Part shown: piece after piece, positions 9,429 through 18,490 of the stretch
Layout: each line of letters begins with the position of its first letter
Numbering within the stretch: the stretch's first letter is position 1
Assembly (NCBI GenBank): GCA_963792415.1
Contig: CAWBVY010000006.1
Coordinates: 224,001-288,000, forward strand
Direction: 5' to 3'
Length of the DNA: 64,000 nucleotides
From: Candidatus Deferrimicrobiaceae bacterium
GTDB taxonomy: Bacteria > Desulfobacterota > Deferrimicrobia > Deferrimicrobiales > Deferrimicrobiaceae
Position numbers and translations under genes: made by a program
Notes under the pieces: model-generated
Databases searched by the model: none
Told to the model about the DNA's origin: nothing
What the model saw: the letters and a program-made list of their open reading frames with translations, nothing else

Positions 9429-9743
9429 CTAGTCGAGGTCGATGTCCCGGATGGGGCGGGGCGCCGGCTCGTCCTTCGACTTCTCGATGTGGCTCTTGAA
9501 GAGTTGGTCCAGCACCGCGCCTCGCCCCTTTTCGGTCTTCACGATCTGGTCGTACCGTTCGTGGATGCGCGCCGTTTCCTGCTCGAGAACCTGCCGCGCG
9601 TCCTTCAGGTCGACCCCGGCGCGCGCATGTGCGGCTTTTTCGCTTCCGAGCACGGCGCCGCTCGCCGGGTCGACGGTGAGCCGCGCTTCACAGCACGGGC
9701 AGGTCACTTCGAGCACGCCACCCTTTTCGGGATGATCCGGCAT
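9429..9743 (-). CDS. conserved hypothetical protein (CPCC knuckle plus coiled coil)
   Basis: LEVTCPCCEARLTVDPASGAVL; GGAGG RBS. Confidence 0.7.
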   Translation of the reverse strand: MPDHPEKGGVLEVTCPCCEARLTVDPASGAVLGSEKAAHARAGVDLKDARQVLEQETARIHERYDQIVKTEKGRGAVLDQLFKSHIEKSKDEPAPRPIRDIDLD

Positions 9744-9819
9744 CGCACCCTCCTGGTGAATCCGCCTTCGATTCTTCCGCTCTCATTGTAGGATGGATCT
9801 ACCGTGGATGCCACGGGGT

Positions 9820-9956
9820 GACATTTTTTGGCACATTTCATCGATCGTTCCCATATCCATGCCAAAAATTGTCTCCCACGTCGTCAGACTGTATTCTATA
9901 ACTACTTGTTATTTATTATTATTTCAGATTCATTCCGGTTGGCATGCTTATTCCAT
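9820..9956 (+). promoter_or_regulatory. sigma54-like promoter with inverted upstream sites and an AT-rich tract
   Basis: GACATTTTTTGGCA (9820-9833) and TGCCAAAAATTGTC (9860-9873) are inverted copies; TTGGCATGCTTATTCCAT at 9939-9956 has a variant -12. Confidence 0.45.
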
Positions 9957-10019
9957 AAGAAGCAGGCAGGGGTGGAGGCGCGGGATGCGGCGGAGGACAT
10001 CTCCCCCCGGAGGAACACC

Positions 10020-10481
10020 ATGAGACGCACTCTGTTCGTCGCGATCCTTCTGGCGGCCGTATCCATCCCGACACGGGGGCACGCCGACACCGACGGGACC
10101 ATCGGGGTGGTTCGCAACTTCGCGGGTTCGGCGACCGTCACCCGTGGCGACACCGTTCTTCCGGCGACGACGGGGACCAGGCTTCACGTCGGGGACACGC
10201 TCGGCACGGGCCCCGACGGATCGCTCGGCGTCGTCCTGCGGGATAATTCCTCCCTTTCGCTCGGGCCGTCCAGCAGCCTCGTCCTCCGCGAGTTTCTCTT
10301 CTCGCCCTCCGAGAATAAATTCGGCCTGCTGGTCCGTCTCTCCAAGGGGACCATGGCATACCTCTCGGGCCTGATCGGAAAACTGGCGCCGGAGAAGGCC
10401 CGTTTCGAAACCCCGACCGCCACCATCGGCATCCGGGGGACCCACTTCGCCGTGAAGGCAGAAGGCCCCGTATCGCAATAA
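10020..10481 (+). CDS. FecR-domain secreted protein
   Basis: Signal peptide; GDTLGTGPDGSLGVVLRDNS, FETPTATIGIRGTHF; GGAGG RBS. Confidence 0.85.
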   Translation: MRRTLFVAILLAAVSIPTRGHADTDGTIGVVRNFAGSATVTRGDTVLPATTGTRLHVGDTLGTGPDGSLGVVLRDNSSLSLGPSSSLVLREFLFSPSENKFGLLVRLSKGTMAYLSGLIGKLAPEKARFETPTATIGIRGTHFAVKAEGPVSQ

Positions 10482-10600
10482 AAGTCGCTCGGAACGAAAT
10501 TCCCCACCAGCCGCCCGTCCCTGTCGGAACGATATCCCCGCCGACCGTGCTATAAAGCATATGCACGGCAGCCCTCCACACGACGACAGGGGGAGGATCG

Positions 10601-11380
10601 ATGACGACAATGCTCGCGGGCGGACGCCGCATCGAGGCCGTCTGGCACGGGCCCGGGCCGGAGATCGCCCCCACGCTCGTCTTCCTCCACGACGGCATCG
10701 GATGCGCCGCGACGTGGCGTGACTTCCCCGCGGCGCTCGCCGGCGAAACGGGGTGCGGCGCGCTTGTCTACAGCCGCGCCGGGTACGGCGGCTCCGATCC
10801 CGTCGCGCTTCCTCGACCGCTCACCTACCTGCACGACGAGGGATTCCTCGGCCTTCCGGATCTGCTCGACGCGGCGGGAGTCCGCCGCGCCTTTCTCGTC
10901 GGGCACAGCGACGGCGGTTCCATCGCGCTGCTGCACGCATCGACGCGGCGGTCCCTGCCGAGGGTCCGCGGTCTCCTGCTCGAGGCGCCGCACGTCTTCT
11001 GCGAGGAGGTCACCGTGCGCTCGATCGAGAAGGCGCGCGACGAATACCTCCACGCCGACCTGAGGGCGAGGCTCGAACGGCACCATGGCGGGAACGTCGA
11101 TTGCGCCTTCTGGGGATGGAACCGGGCCTGGCTCGATCCTGGGTTTCTCGCCTGGAACATCGAGGATTGCCTGCCCGCCGTCACGGTCCCGGTGCTCGTG
11201 GTACAGGGGACCGACGATCCGTACGGGACCCTTCGCCAGGTCGAAGCGATCGAACGGCAATGCGGCGGGCCGGTCCGGCGCAGCATCCTCGAGCAGTGCG
11301 GCCACAGCCCGCATCGCGATCAGCGCGTACGGACGCTCTCGGCCATGGCCGCGTTCCTCCGCGAGATGGGGGGGATCTAG
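10601..11380 (+). CDS. alpha/beta hydrolase
   Basis: LVFLHDGIG, nucleophile elbow GHSDGG, QGTDDPYG, CGHSPH. Confidence 0.9.
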   Translation: MTTMLAGGRRIEAVWHGPGPEIAPTLVFLHDGIGCAATWRDFPAALAGETGCGALVYSRAGYGGSDPVALPRPLTYLHDEGFLGLPDLLDAAGVRRAFLVGHSDGGSIALLHASTRRSLPRVRGLLLEAPHVFCEEVTVRSIEKARDEYLHADLRARLERHHGGNVDCAFWGWNRAWLDPGFLAWNIEDCLPAVTVPVLVVQGTDDPYGTLRQVEAIERQCGGPVRRSILEQCGHSPHRDQRVRTLSAMAAFLREMGGI

Positions 11381-11386
11381 GGTCGC

Positions 11387-11959
11387 TTGGCGCCGAAACT
11401 TCGCCTTTCAAAGGCGCTTCCGCGCACGTTTTACGATCGCGATACCGTCGCGGTCGCGAGGGATCTTCTGGGGAAGCACCTGGTCCACGTGTCTGGCGGC
11501 GTGGAGCGGATCGGCAGGATCGTGGAGGTCGAGGCGTACCTGGGCCCGCACGACCTCGCCTCCCACTCCTCGCGGGGACGCACCGCCCGGACCGGGGTCA
11601 TGTTCGGCCCGCCGGGTCACGCCTATGTATATCTTGTGTACGGCATGCACTGCTGCATGAACGTCGTGACCGAGCGAGACGGGCACGCATCCGCCGTGCT
11701 GATCCGGGCCGTCGAGCCGGTGAAGAATATCGAAGGTTCCACCCGGGGCCCCGGCCGCCTCTGCAAGGCGATGCACATCGACCGGGGACGCAACGGGCAC
11801 GACCTGACCAGCGACGATTTTCATGTCGCCGATCCGGCCGCGCCGGAACCTCTCTCCATCGTCAAGAGACCCCGCGTCGGCGTCGACTACGCCGGGAAAT
11901 GGGCGAGAAGACTCCTGAGGTTCTACATCCGTGGGAACCCGTTTCTCTCGAAGCCTTAA
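11387..11959 (+). CDS. mpg: DNA-3-methyladenine glycosylase (MPG/AAG family)
   Basis: IVEVEAYLG, MFGPPGHAYVYLVYGMH, AVLIRAVEP, GPGRLC, RVGV. Confidence 0.92.
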   Translation: MAPKLRLSKALPRTFYDRDTVAVARDLLGKHLVHVSGGVERIGRIVEVEAYLGPHDLASHSSRGRTARTGVMFGPPGHAYVYLVYGMHCCMNVVTERDGHASAVLIRAVEPVKNIEGSTRGPGRLCKAMHIDRGRNGHDLTSDDFHVADPAAPEPLSIVKRPRVGVDYAGKWARRLLRFYIRGNPFLSKP

Positions 11960-11990
11960 ATAATGTACTGCTTTAGATAATACCTGTTAA

Positions 11991-13295
11991 TTACATCATT
12001 TCCCTTATTTTTTTAAGAACAGCGATGTTCTGCGTGTGACCCGTCATCCGGGCGACCACCCTCGCCTGCAAACGCCGGCCGAGAAGGTAGAAATCCCCGA
12101 TCATGTCCATGATCTTGTGGCGCACCGGCTCATCCGGGAATCGAAGGGCGTCGTTGATCGGTCCATCCTCCCCGAAGAGGACGAAGTTGTCGAAGCGCCC
12201 GCCGAGAGCCAACCCCTGCCGCTGCAATTGCCCGATGTCCCGCGCGAACCCGAAGGTTCGGGCGGGGGCGATCTCCTTCCGATAGGTCGCGGGGTCGTCG
12301 AGACGGAAGACGTATCGCTGCTTGCCGACCGGGGCCGGATATTCGAGCGTGTAGTCGATCTCGAACGCGTCGCACGGCTCGAGGAGGATCGATGCCTTGC
12401 CGGCATCGATCCGGATCGGCTCCTTCACCTGGATCCCGTGCCAGTCCCCGATCTGGTTCTCGAAGCCCACTTCCTCGAACAGGGAACAGAACTCCACGGA
12501 CGAACCGTCCAGCACGGGGACCTCGCCGTTGCACTTGATGAGGAGATTGCTCACCCCGTAGGCGTTGAGCGCGGACATGACGTGCTCGATGGTCGCGACA
12601 TGGGTGGTTCCGAGGCGGATCGTCGTGGCCCACCCGGTCGATTCGACGAAATCGAGGTGCGCGGGAACCGCCCGATTGTCGGAGACCCCGACGAAGTGGA
12701 TCCCCGAATCGGGACCCAGCGGCTCGAAGATCAGGCCGCTCTTCCTCCCGGAATGAAGCCCCTGTCCATACAGGACCGCGCTGCGGGCGAGCGTCCGCTG
12801 GGGAATGAGGGCCCCGGGCATCGCCTGGCTCCTGAACACCAGCGGCTGCAGTTCCGGCATCCCCTCCCCGGACCGGAGATCGACCGGGCCGGCGAGGTCC
12901 CCCTCGGCGGGAGTCCGCGCGGCATCCTGCGTCCCGAGCGCCCGACGAATCGCGTTCAGCACGACCTCGAGCTCGAGCGGTTTTTCGATGAAATCCGACG
13001 CGCCGACCTTCGTCGCCTTTATGGCGGTAGATATCGTCGCGTGCCCGCTTATCATGATCACGGGCGTATCGGGCTGCATGGCCTTCATGCGCCGGAGCGT
13101 TTCGATCCCGTCCATTCCCGGCATCCAGATGTCGAGAATCACCAGCGAGGGACGCAGCGATTCAAGCTTGGAGAGCGCATCGGCGCCATCGCTGGCGAGC
13201 GCGCAGGAATACCCCTCGTCGCTCAGAACACCCTCGAGCGATTTCCTGATGCTCGTCTCGTCATCGACGATCAGGATCGGTCCCGGTTGCGCCAT
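11991..13295 (-). CDS. lpxC: response-regulator receiver domain fused to UDP-3-O-acyl-GlcNAc deacetylase LpxC
   Basis: REC: ILIVDDE, ILDIWMPGMDG, ISGH, FIEKP; LpxC: QRTL..GQGLHSG, TIEHVMSAL, IAPARTFGF, EPVRHKIMDMIGD, GH; own RBS AGGGAGG before ATG 13295. Confidence 0.9.
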   Translation of the reverse strand: MAQPGPILIVDDETSIRKSLEGVLSDEGYSCALASDGADALSKLESLRPSLVILDIWMPGMDGIETLRRMKAMQPDTPVIMISGHATISTAIKATKVGASDFIEKPLELEVVLNAIRRALGTQDAARTPAEGDLAGPVDLRSGEGMPELQPLVFRSQAMPGALIPQRTLARSAVLYGQGLHSGRKSGLIFEPLGPDSGIHFVGVSDNRAVPAHLDFVESTGWATTIRLGTTHVATIEHVMSALNAYGVSNLLIKCNGEVPVLDGSSVEFCSLFEEVGFENQIGDWHGIQVKEPIRIDAGKASILLEPCDAFEIDYTLEYPAPVGKQRYVFRLDDPATYRKEIAPARTFGFARDIGQLQRQGLALGGRFDNFVLFGEDGPINDALRFPDEPVRHKIMDMIGDFYLLGRRLQARVVARMTGHTQNIAVLKKIREMM

Positions 13296-13961
13296 GGACG
13301 GTTCCTCCCTTTCCTTTCCAGTTTCTTCCAGTATCCTCTTCAACCGCCGGGTCTCCTGCGAAATATCGTCCGCGGACACGATCGCGGAGATCACGGCCGC
13401 CCCATCCGCCCCCGCTTCCCGCACCTTCCGGGCATTTTCGGCGTTGATCCCCCCGATGGCGACGATCGGGAGACGGCAATGACGGCGGATCCGCACGATG
13501 CAGTCGAGGCCCATGGGCTCGCCGGTGTCCGGCTTCGTCCCCCGCGCCTCGAACACCGGGCCGACCCCAAGGTAATCCGCTCCATCCTTCTCCGCCCGGA
13601 GGGCCTCCTCCACCGTTACCGCCGAAACCCCCAGGATCTTGCCCGGGGCCAGGATCCTCCGCACCACCGACGCCGGCAGGTCGGACTGGCCGACATGGAC
13701 CCCGTCCGCGTCGACCGCCAACGCGATGTCGAGGCGATCGTTCACGATGAAGGGGACCTTCGCCTCGCGTGTGAGGTTCCGCAGCTGCAGCGCCTCCCGG
13801 TACAGCAGGCCGCTTCCGGCTTCCTTGTCCCGCAGCTGAAGCACGTCGGCCCCGCCCGCGATGGCCGCTTCCGCGACCTCGAGATGGGACCGGCCCCGGC
13901 TCAACTTCCGGTCCGTGAGGACGTGGAGCCTCCAAAGGCCCGGGGAAACGGGATCGGTCAT
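13296..13961 (-). CDS. thiE: thiamine-phosphate synthase; no stop codon, continues in frame into REC-LpxC (full ORF 11991-13961)
   Basis: VLQLRDKE, IVNDRLDIALAVDADGVHVGQSD, ADYLGVGPVF..TK, AIGGIN. Confidence 0.9.
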
Positions 13962-13967
13962 CGCCGG

Positions 13968-15029
13968 TCAGCCGCCCTGCGACGCCGCTTTCCCGAAGGC
14001 GGCCCAGAAGGGATCCACCTTGGGATGGATCAGCTCATGGGACGTTCCGCCTTCAAAGTAGCGCATACCGTGTCCTGCCTCCACGATCTCCCCCACCATG
14101 CTCGCCGGGATCCCCTTGTCGCCCAGCCGCCGGAGCACTTCCTTCGCCTTTTGCGGCCTGCAGGTGAGGATCAGCGTCCCCTCGCTGATCGAGGAGTACG
14201 GATCGATGCCGAACAGGTCGCACACGTTCCGAACCGCGTCCTGCACGATGATCTTCTCCTTGTCGATGGTCATGCCGACGCCCGACGCCCGGGCAACCTC
14301 GAACAGACCTCCCCACACCCCGCACTCGGTCGCGTCGTGCATGGTGGTCACCCCGTCCTCCCTCACCCCGGCCTCGATCGCGGTGAAGGCGTCCTCCACG
14401 ATGGACATCTGCCAGAAGACCTCCTCGGCTTCCCGTGCCGCCTTCTCCCCGTACCGCTTCACCATGCGGTCGGGAAAGGTGACGGCGAAGAGTCCGGCCG
14501 CCTCGATGGCCGCCCCCTTGGTGAGGACGACGACATCCCCCAGCCGCGCCATGTCCGGGGTCACGTACCGGTCCTTCGGCCCGATGCCGATCACGGTGGC
14601 CCCGCCGATCATGGGGTATTCGCACCCTTCGTAGCGGCCCGTGTGCCCGGAGATGACGGCCATCCCGATCTTGTCGCACTCCCTGTGCATCACTCCCCAG
14701 AGCGCCTCGAACTCCTCCCGGGTGATGGACAAGGGGAGATTCAGGTCCACGGTGATGTAGTTCGGCCGGATACCCGACGTGACCGCATCGGAAGCGAGGA
14801 TGTGGATCGCGAACCAGCCGGAACGCTCCCACCCGTAGGGGGGCACGACGAAGATGGGATCGGTCGTCGTCACCATCACCTGGCCGTGCCCGAGATCGAC
14901 GACCCCGACATCCACGCCATGACGCGGACCCATCAGGATTTCCGGGCGCTTCCGCCCCAGTTGCGGAAGGATGATCTCGTCGAATATCTCCGAAGACACC
15001 TTCCCGATCGTCGGCAACTCCGTTCTCAT
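13968..15029 (-). CDS. AIR synthase-related protein (PurM/HypE/ThiL superfamily)
   Basis: GVDVGVV, TTDP, ISGHT, MHDATECG, SEGTL. Confidence 0.85.
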   Translation of the reverse strand: MRTELPTIGKVSSEIFDEIILPQLGRKRPEILMGPRHGVDVGVVDLGHGQVMVTTTDPIFVVPPYGWERSGWFAIHILASDAVTSGIRPNYITVDLNLPLSITREEFEALWGVMHRECDKIGMAVISGHTGRYEGCEYPMIGGATVIGIGPKDRYVTPDMARLGDVVVLTKGAAIEAAGLFAVTFPDRMVKRYGEKAAREAEEVFWQMSIVEDAFTAIEAGVREDGVTTMHDATECGVWGGLFEVARASGVGMTIDKEKIIVQDAVRNVCDLFGIDPYSSISEGTLILTCRPQKAKEVLRRLGDKGIPASMVGEIVEAGHGMRYFEGGTSHELIHPKVDPFWAAFGKAASQGG

Positions 15030-15139
15030 GTGTTCCTCCAGTGCGGTTTTACAAAGAATATCACCGCGGCGACCGGATCGTGCAAAGATGCCTGGCAGCG
15101 CGCAACGTTTCCGGGAGGCCGGTCCGTGCGACTCCCTCG

Positions 15140-15637
15140 CTACAGGACCACGGGCGTGTCCGGCAATTCGTTCCGGTCGTCGCCGATCGGGGGGAAATGC
15201 TCCGCAAGATGGCGCGTCACTTCCTGGATGCCGCGGACCACGCCCCCTTCATAGTCCGCCTGCCGGAAAGCGGCTTCCATGATTCGACAGATCCCCTCCC
15301 ATTCCCGCTCGCCCACCTTCCCATGAATCCCCCGGTCCGCGACGATCTCCACGTCCCGGTCCGCGAGCAGCAGGTAGATCAGCACGCCGTTGTTCTGTTC
15401 GGTATCCCATATCCGCAACTGCGAAAAGACGTCGATCGCGCGTTCCCGGGCGGATTGGCCCCGCAGGAGCGGCTCGATGTGCAGCGCGGCTTCCACCGCG
15501 AACCGTATTTCGCCGCGGTGCAGGGCCTCGCTCGCCTTGATCGCCCTGTCGATCGCGACCAACGTGTCGCCCGGGAAGGAGCGGTTGACCATCCATCGGG
15601 TCGCCATGAGATGCCTTGCGATGCGTCCAACGCTCAT
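15140..15637 (-). CDS. TPM-domain protein (short)
   Basis: HRGEIRFAVE, WDTEQNNGVLIYLLLADRDVEIVADRGI, NELPD. Confidence 0.88.
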   Translation of the reverse strand: MSVGRIARHLMATRWMVNRSFPGDTLVAIDRAIKASEALHRGEIRFAVEAALHIEPLLRGQSARERAIDVFSQLRIWDTEQNNGVLIYLLLADRDVEIVADRGIHGKVGEREWEGICRIMEAAFRQADYEGGVVRGIQEVTRHLAEHFPPIGDDRNELPDTPVVL

Positions 15638-15639
15638 CG

Positions 15640-16527
15640 TCACCACCGTCCCGACGCGCCGCCGCCGCCGAACCCGCCGCCGCCGCCGCTGAAACCGCCT
15701 CCGCCGAATCCCCCGCCTCCGAAGCCGCCGCCGCCAAATCCGCCTCCGAAGCCGCCGCCCAGCCCACGCCCTCCCATGCCGCGCAGCAGCGTGAACAGGA
15801 ATGCGATCAGACCTACGATCAGCGCCACGGAGATCGCGCCGGCCAGCATCCAGGTGATCACGGAGACGGCCCCGCCGGTGACCAACGCGCCGGGAAATCT
15901 GCCCAGCACGGTGTGCAGCACCCCGCCCACCACGAGCGCAAGGATCATCATGACGGGCAGGATCGACATGATCCCACGGGCCTCGCCGGGGCGCCGTGGG
16001 GACGGTTCCGGCAACGGCTCGCCGTCGATCACGCGGAGGATACGGTCGACCCCGGCAGAGATCCCTCCGTGGAAATCCCCCTGCCGGAACCGGGGCACGA
16101 TGATCTCGCTGATGATCCGCTTGCAGGCGGCGTCGGTGAGCGCCCCTTCCAGGCCGTACCCCACCTCGATCCGCAGCGTCCGGTCGTCCTTCGCGACGAC
16201 AAGAAGCGCCCCGTCGTCCACGTTCTTCCGCCCCGGCTTCCACCGCTCCGCGACGCGCAAGGCGTATTGCTCGATCGTCTCCGGGGCCGTGGATGGAACG
16301 ATGAGAACCGCGACCTGGCTCCCTTTCCTCTCCTCGAACGACCGCAAGGTCTGTTCCAGGACGGATTTCTGTTCCTCGGTGAGTGTGCCGGTCTGATCGG
16401 TAACACGCCCGGCCAGGGGTGGAACCGGGACCTGTGCCCCGGCAACGACGGCCCAGCAGAGCGCGAGCACCATCAGGGACGCCCTTGCGGTCCTCGGCGC
16501 CACTCCCTCTGCCCTTTCCCTTGCCAC
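15640..16527 (-). CDS. TPM-domain protein, YgcG family
   Basis: RVTDQTGTL, DDGALLVVAKDDR.LRIEVGYGLEG, Gly-rich tail ending GGGGASGRW; start uncertain (16527 or 16503). Confidence 0.9.
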   Translation of the reverse strand: MARERAEGVAPRTARASLMVLALCWAVVAGAQVPVPPLAGRVTDQTGTLTEEQKSVLEQTLRSFEERKGSQVAVLIVPSTAPETIEQYALRVAERWKPGRKNVDDGALLVVAKDDRTLRIEVGYGLEGALTDAACKRIISEIIVPRFRQGDFHGGISAGVDRILRVIDGEPLPEPSPRRPGEARGIMSILPVMMILALVVGGVLHTVLGRFPGALVTGGAVSVITWMLAGAISVALIVGLIAFLFTLLRGMGGRGLGGGFGGGFGGGGFGGGGFGGGGFSGGGGGFGGGGASGRW

Positions 16528-16533
16528 TCCCGG

Positions 16534-17136
16534 CTACTTCGTCGGCGGAGGCGCGAAATCGACTTTGGGAGGCTTGGCGACTTCCTTCTCGTTCTCCACG
16601 GTGAAGTTCGGCTTCGTTTTATACCCGAACACCATCGCCGTCAGGTTGGAGGGGAATGACCGCACGGTCACGTTGTACTCCTGCACCGCCTTGATGTAGC
16701 GGTTCCGCGCGACCGCGATCCGGTTCTCGGTCCCTTCGAGCTGCGCCTGCAGATCGCGGAAGTTGGCGTCGGACTTCAACTGCGGATAATTCTCCGCCAC
16801 CACCAGCAGCCGCGAAAGGGCTCCCGACAGCTCTCCCTGGGCGGCCTGGAACTTCCCGAACGCCTCGGGGCTGTTGATCAGTTCCGGCGTCGCCTGGATG
16901 CTGCCCACCTTGGCGCGAGCGTTTGTGACACCCAGCAACACTTCTTTTTCCTGGGCGGCGAACCCCTTCACCGTGTTCACCAGGTTGGGGATCAGGTCCG
17001 CGCGGCGCTGGTACTGGTTCAGGACCTCGGACCAGCTCGACTTGATCAGCTCATCGTTCTGCTGGAACGTGTTGTAGCCGCAGCCCGCGAAGGTGAGTGC
17101 GAGGAACACCGTGAGGACCGCCGATGATTTCCGCAT
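16534..17136 (-). CDS. lemA: LemA family protein
   Basis: YQRRADLIPNLV, ENYPQLKS, QLEGTENRIAVARNRY. Confidence 0.95.
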   Translation of the reverse strand: MRKSSAVLTVFLALTFAGCGYNTFQQNDELIKSSWSEVLNQYQRRADLIPNLVNTVKGFAAQEKEVLLGVTNARAKVGSIQATPELINSPEAFGKFQAAQGELSGALSRLLVVAENYPQLKSDANFRDLQAQLEGTENRIAVARNRYIKAVQEYNVTVRSFPSNLTAMVFGYKTKPNFTVENEKEVAKPPKVDFAPPPTK

Positions 17137-17252
17137 GTTTCCCCCCTTTTGAAGAGCGTGCCGGATCGACGCGTCACGATCCCGTTCGCGGTTGCGGGTT
17201 GAAGGTTGACGGAGTTCAATGTCTTGATTATGCACGAGTTCGCCGGCCGATG

Positions 17253-17285
17253 AAAAGCCCGACCACCTCGCCGGGTGGCCGGGCT
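17253..17285 (-). terminator. intrinsic terminator after the nmrA-like gene
   Basis: 12-bp stem AGCCCGGCCACC/GGTGGTCGGGCT followed by TTT on the minus strand. Confidence 0.6.
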
Positions 17286-17325
17286 CGTTCCCGTCCCTTT
17301 CTTTACCGGAGTTCCGCCGGAGGGG

Positions 17326-18303
17326 TCACTCCCCCGACGCCCGCCGGGGGCCCTTCTCGACCGGGATGCGGTCCCTGTTTTCGTCGAGCCAGTCCTCGAA
17401 CGTCTTCATCGAGGGGTTGAGCGTCCTGGAGAATTCGGGGCTGCGGGCTCTGCAGAAGGACGATTCGAAGTCCCGTTTGAACTGGAACATGTTCCCGAGA
17501 TCGTCCGCCCCGGGGAACCCGAAGCCGCGGTAGGTCTCGGGGGACACCGCGTTGTACCGGACCTCCTCCCCGAGCGCCCTCGTGAGAGCTGCCGCCATCT
17601 GACCGCCGGTCAGCTGACCGCCGGCGATGCCCACGGTCTTGCCGGTGAATTCGCTCCCCCTCCTGAAAATGGCGTACGCGCATTTTCCGATATCATCGGA
17701 AGCGATGCCGGGGAGCTTCTTGTCGGCCATGGGCAGGGTGATATAAAGGTTCCCGTCCTCCCCCCTCTTGGGCCCCATCCCGAAGTGGATCAGGTTCTCC
17801 CAGTAAAACGACGTCAGCAGGAAAGTCGTCGGGATGCCGCGCTCGGTGAAAAGCCGGTTGGCCTCTCCCTTGGCGTCGAAGTGCGGTACCTTGTATTTCT
17901 CCATGAGGGTCGGCATGCGGCGGTCGTCGAGGGGGACCCACTCCCGGGTATCCTCGAGAGTCGACCAGATGACGTGCCGCACGCCTTCGTGTTTCGCCGC
18001 GTCGGCCATGTTCTTCGCCTCCGCCAGTTCCTTCTCCGGAGAAAAGTGCTCCCAGAAGAAAGTGACGCAGAACGCCCCATGGGCTCCGCGGAACGCCTTT
18101 TTCAGACTCTCCACGTCGTCGATGTCGACCTGCACGACTTCCGCGCCCAGCCTCTTCAGCTCTTTCGCCTTGTCGGAACCGGCATTCCTCGTCAGGGCGC
18201 GGACCCTGTACCCGCCGCCCGAATCCTTCAGGATGGCCCGGCACAAGCCTCCACCCTGCGCCCCGGTTGCCCCAATGACCGCGATGATCTTCGTGTCGTT
18301 CAC
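17326..18303 (-). CDS. NmrA/HSCARG family NAD(P)-binding protein
   Basis: IAVIGATGAQGG, VPHFDAK, SFYWEN; GTG start with AGGAGG RBS. Confidence 0.9.
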   Translation of the reverse strand: MNDTKIIAVIGATGAQGGGLCRAILKDSGGGYRVRALTRNAGSDKAKELKRLGAEVVQVDIDDVESLKKAFRGAHGAFCVTFFWEHFSPEKELAEAKNMADAAKHEGVRHVIWSTLEDTREWVPLDDRRMPTLMEKYKVPHFDAKGEANRLFTERGIPTTFLLTSFYWENLIHFGMGPKRGEDGNLYITLPMADKKLPGIASDDIGKCAYAIFRRGSEFTGKTVGIAGGQLTGGQMAAALTRALGEEVRYNAVSPETYRGFGFPGADDLGNMFQFKRDFESSFCRARSPEFSRTLNPSMKTFEDWLDENRDRIPVEKGPRRASGE

Positions 18304-18490
18304 GGTTTGCCTCCTTTGTTCCTGCGCTCGTGACCCGTACGGTTGCCTCGTTGACGGATTTCCTCCACTTGTCACCTCATTCGATCGCTCCGGACCGGCG
18401 ATGGATTCCGGCTCTCCCCGTTTTTTCGAGGTTTCCCGAATGATCCCCCCCAAGTCCCCCGGCATGAGAAACTATTCCTCACCCCGAAGA

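Noticed and set aside
10489-10542. Short direct repeat TCGGAACGA(A/T)AT(T)CCCC, two copies 35 bp apart
   Set aside because: Only two imperfect copies with a short spacer and no cas genes, so not a CRISPR array
15030-15139. Possible TPP riboswitch upstream of the thiE operon
   Set aside because: No recognisable CTGAGA or ACCTGA..GGNAA core on the minus strand
15655-15775. GCC-rich tandem repeats
   Set aside because: They encode the normal Gly-rich tail of the TPM/YgcG protein
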